From: Malacoraja senta
Lineage: Eukaryota
Assembly: GCA_038087875.1 (NCBI GenBank)
Contig: CM075995.1
Coordinates: 8,062,001 to 8,126,000 of the forward strand
Direction of reading: 5' to 3'
Length of the DNA stretch: 64,000 nt
Shown here: one piece after another, positions 62,501 to 64,000 of the stretch
Numbering within the stretch: position 1 is the stretch's first letter
Layout of the letters: each line of letters starts with the position of its first letter
The notes under the pieces: model-generated
What the model was told of the DNA's origin: nothing
Database searches by the model: none
The model's input: the letters and a program-made list of their open reading frames with translations, nothing else
Translations under genes and position numbers: made by a program

Positions 62501-63255
62501 ACATATTATGATACCAAGAACAAACTCCTGATCTGATAAATTAGTCAGAGGATACCAGCATAATGGTGCCCACCCTGTATAGCCATACTTTTAAAAAGAA
62601 TACACTATTCCTGCTACTGCCATTGGAGGCATAGGGGTGTTTATCTTGTAACGTGAGGGGAACTCTGATGAATTGCAGTATGTGCCATGGACATACTTCT
62701 GGGGTAGGAGACAGTCACACATTGACCTTTCGTACTCCTCTCCACAGAGAGGGAGCTTAGTGAGCAGCCCTGTGCACAGGCGCTGCCATAGGCCCCCGTG
62801 GACCTGCGCTGATATGGTCCACCATATCAGGATGGGTTAAACATCCGTGGACGTACCCTTGTAGTCGGAGGGGAACCCTCCTGGCTGGGCTCCAGCCCAG
62901 GCCTCTCCGACTCCGTACGGTTGCCTACCTTTTGGGCTGCCGAAGTCGGAGTCGCTGACTGCACTGTCAGCGACTCGGGTAGCGAACCCGACGGCCACCG
63001 GCTACCCGCTCTCCCGTGGTCTGTGCCCGGCATTCCCGCGGACTGTAATATCTCCGCAGCCCGTCCGGATATCGCCCGAATTTAAAAAGCCCTTGGGAGT
63101 CGCTGACCGCACTGTCAGCGACTCAGGCAGCAAACCCGATGGCCACCCGCTACCCGCACTTCCACGGTCCGTAGCCGGCATCCCCGCAGTCCATAATAGG
63201 TTTCCACGCGGTCCGTCCGGGTCCGTCCGTCCGTCACGTGACTCCGAAGTAAAAT
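59510..63255 (-). mobile_element. DIRS1-type tyrosine-recombinase retrotransposon, degenerate and internally deleted
   Basis: YR motifs on the - strand: LMALVTAQQIQSL (~60500-60545) and SHSTRAATTSAA...ILAAAGWSNEQTF (~60095-60195). The ICR at ~59735-59830 is complementary to both termini. AAT at both ends. Confidence 0.85.
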
Positions 63256-64000
63256 GGGCTATTAATGTTCAGAGTTATGTCCGAGCCAAGTTTAATAGCC
63301 TGATGGATGTGGGGAAGCAGCTATTCCTGAACCTGGTCGTTGCAGTCTTCAGGCTCCTGTCATTCTACCTGAAGGTAGCAGGGAGATGAGTGGGTGGCCA
63401 GGATGGTGTGCGTCCTTGATGATACTGCCAGCCTTTTTGAGGCAGCGACTGCGATAGATCCCCTCGATGGAAGGGAGGTCAGAGCCGATGATGGACTGGG
63501 CAGTGTTTACCACTTTTTGTAGTCTTTTCCTCTCCAGGGTGTTCAAGTTGCAGAACCAAGCCACGATGCAAGCAGTCAGCATGTTCTTTACTGTGCACCT
63601 GTAGAAGTTAGAGAGTCCTCCTTGACAAACCGACTCTCCGTAATCTTCTCAGGAAGTAGAGGCGCTGATGTGCTTGCTTAATAATTGCATCAGTGTTCTC
63701 GGACCAGGAAAGATCTTCAGAGATGTGCACGCCCAGGAATTTGAAGCTCTTGACTCTTTCAACCATCGATCGTTGATATAAATGGGACTGTGGGTCCCCA
63801 TCCTACTCTTTCCAAAGTCCACAATCAGTTCCTTGGTTTTACTGGTGTTGAGGGCTAGGTTATTGTGCTGGCACCATATGGACAGTTGCTCGATCTCTCT
63901 TCTATACTCTGACTCATCCCCATCAGTGATACATCCCACAACAGTGGTGCCGTCAGCGAACTTGATGATGGAGTTCGCACTATGACCGGCTACGCAGTCA
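63256..64000 (-). mobile_element. Rex1/Babar-type LINE, degenerate RT region
   Basis: KFADGTTVVGCIT, WCQHNNLALNTSKTKELIVDF, CIVAWFCN...RKRLQKVVNTAQSIIG, IIKDAHHPGH. Confidence 0.8.

Overview
Repeat-dominated vertebrate genomic DNA. The SINE/LINE repertoire (HE1/V-SINE-like, CR1, Penelope-derived palindromes) suggests a cartilaginous fish, probably a skate; this is inference. Genic content is limited. There is one spliced + strand exon of a D-2-hydroxyacid dehydrogenase (698-1076). After a 200-N gap there are the first two exons of a calsyntenin-3-like gene on the - strand, with exon 2 frameshifted. The dominant feature is a >30 kb head-to-tail array of non-autonomous Helitrons (1298-31482, - strand). 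It has 18 hairpin+CTAG 3' ends, and 17 of them abut the 5' end of the next unit, three as exact CTAG|TC junctions. The units are built from shuffled modules and carry captured Penelope/hammerhead-like palindromes. The right half contains a ~1.66 kb tandem triplication upstream of the CLSTN3-like exon 1, a 16-bp-period motif array, and CR1/L1/L2/Tx1/Rex-type LINE fragments. It also contains a hAT-like element with a 5-bp TSD that hosts an L1 and a two-LTR epsilon-like endogenous retrovirus, and a DIRS1-type tyrosine-recombinase retroelement with an intact internal complementary region. Most ORFs in the supplied track are low-complexity artefacts. All family assignments are from motifs read by eye, not database searches.
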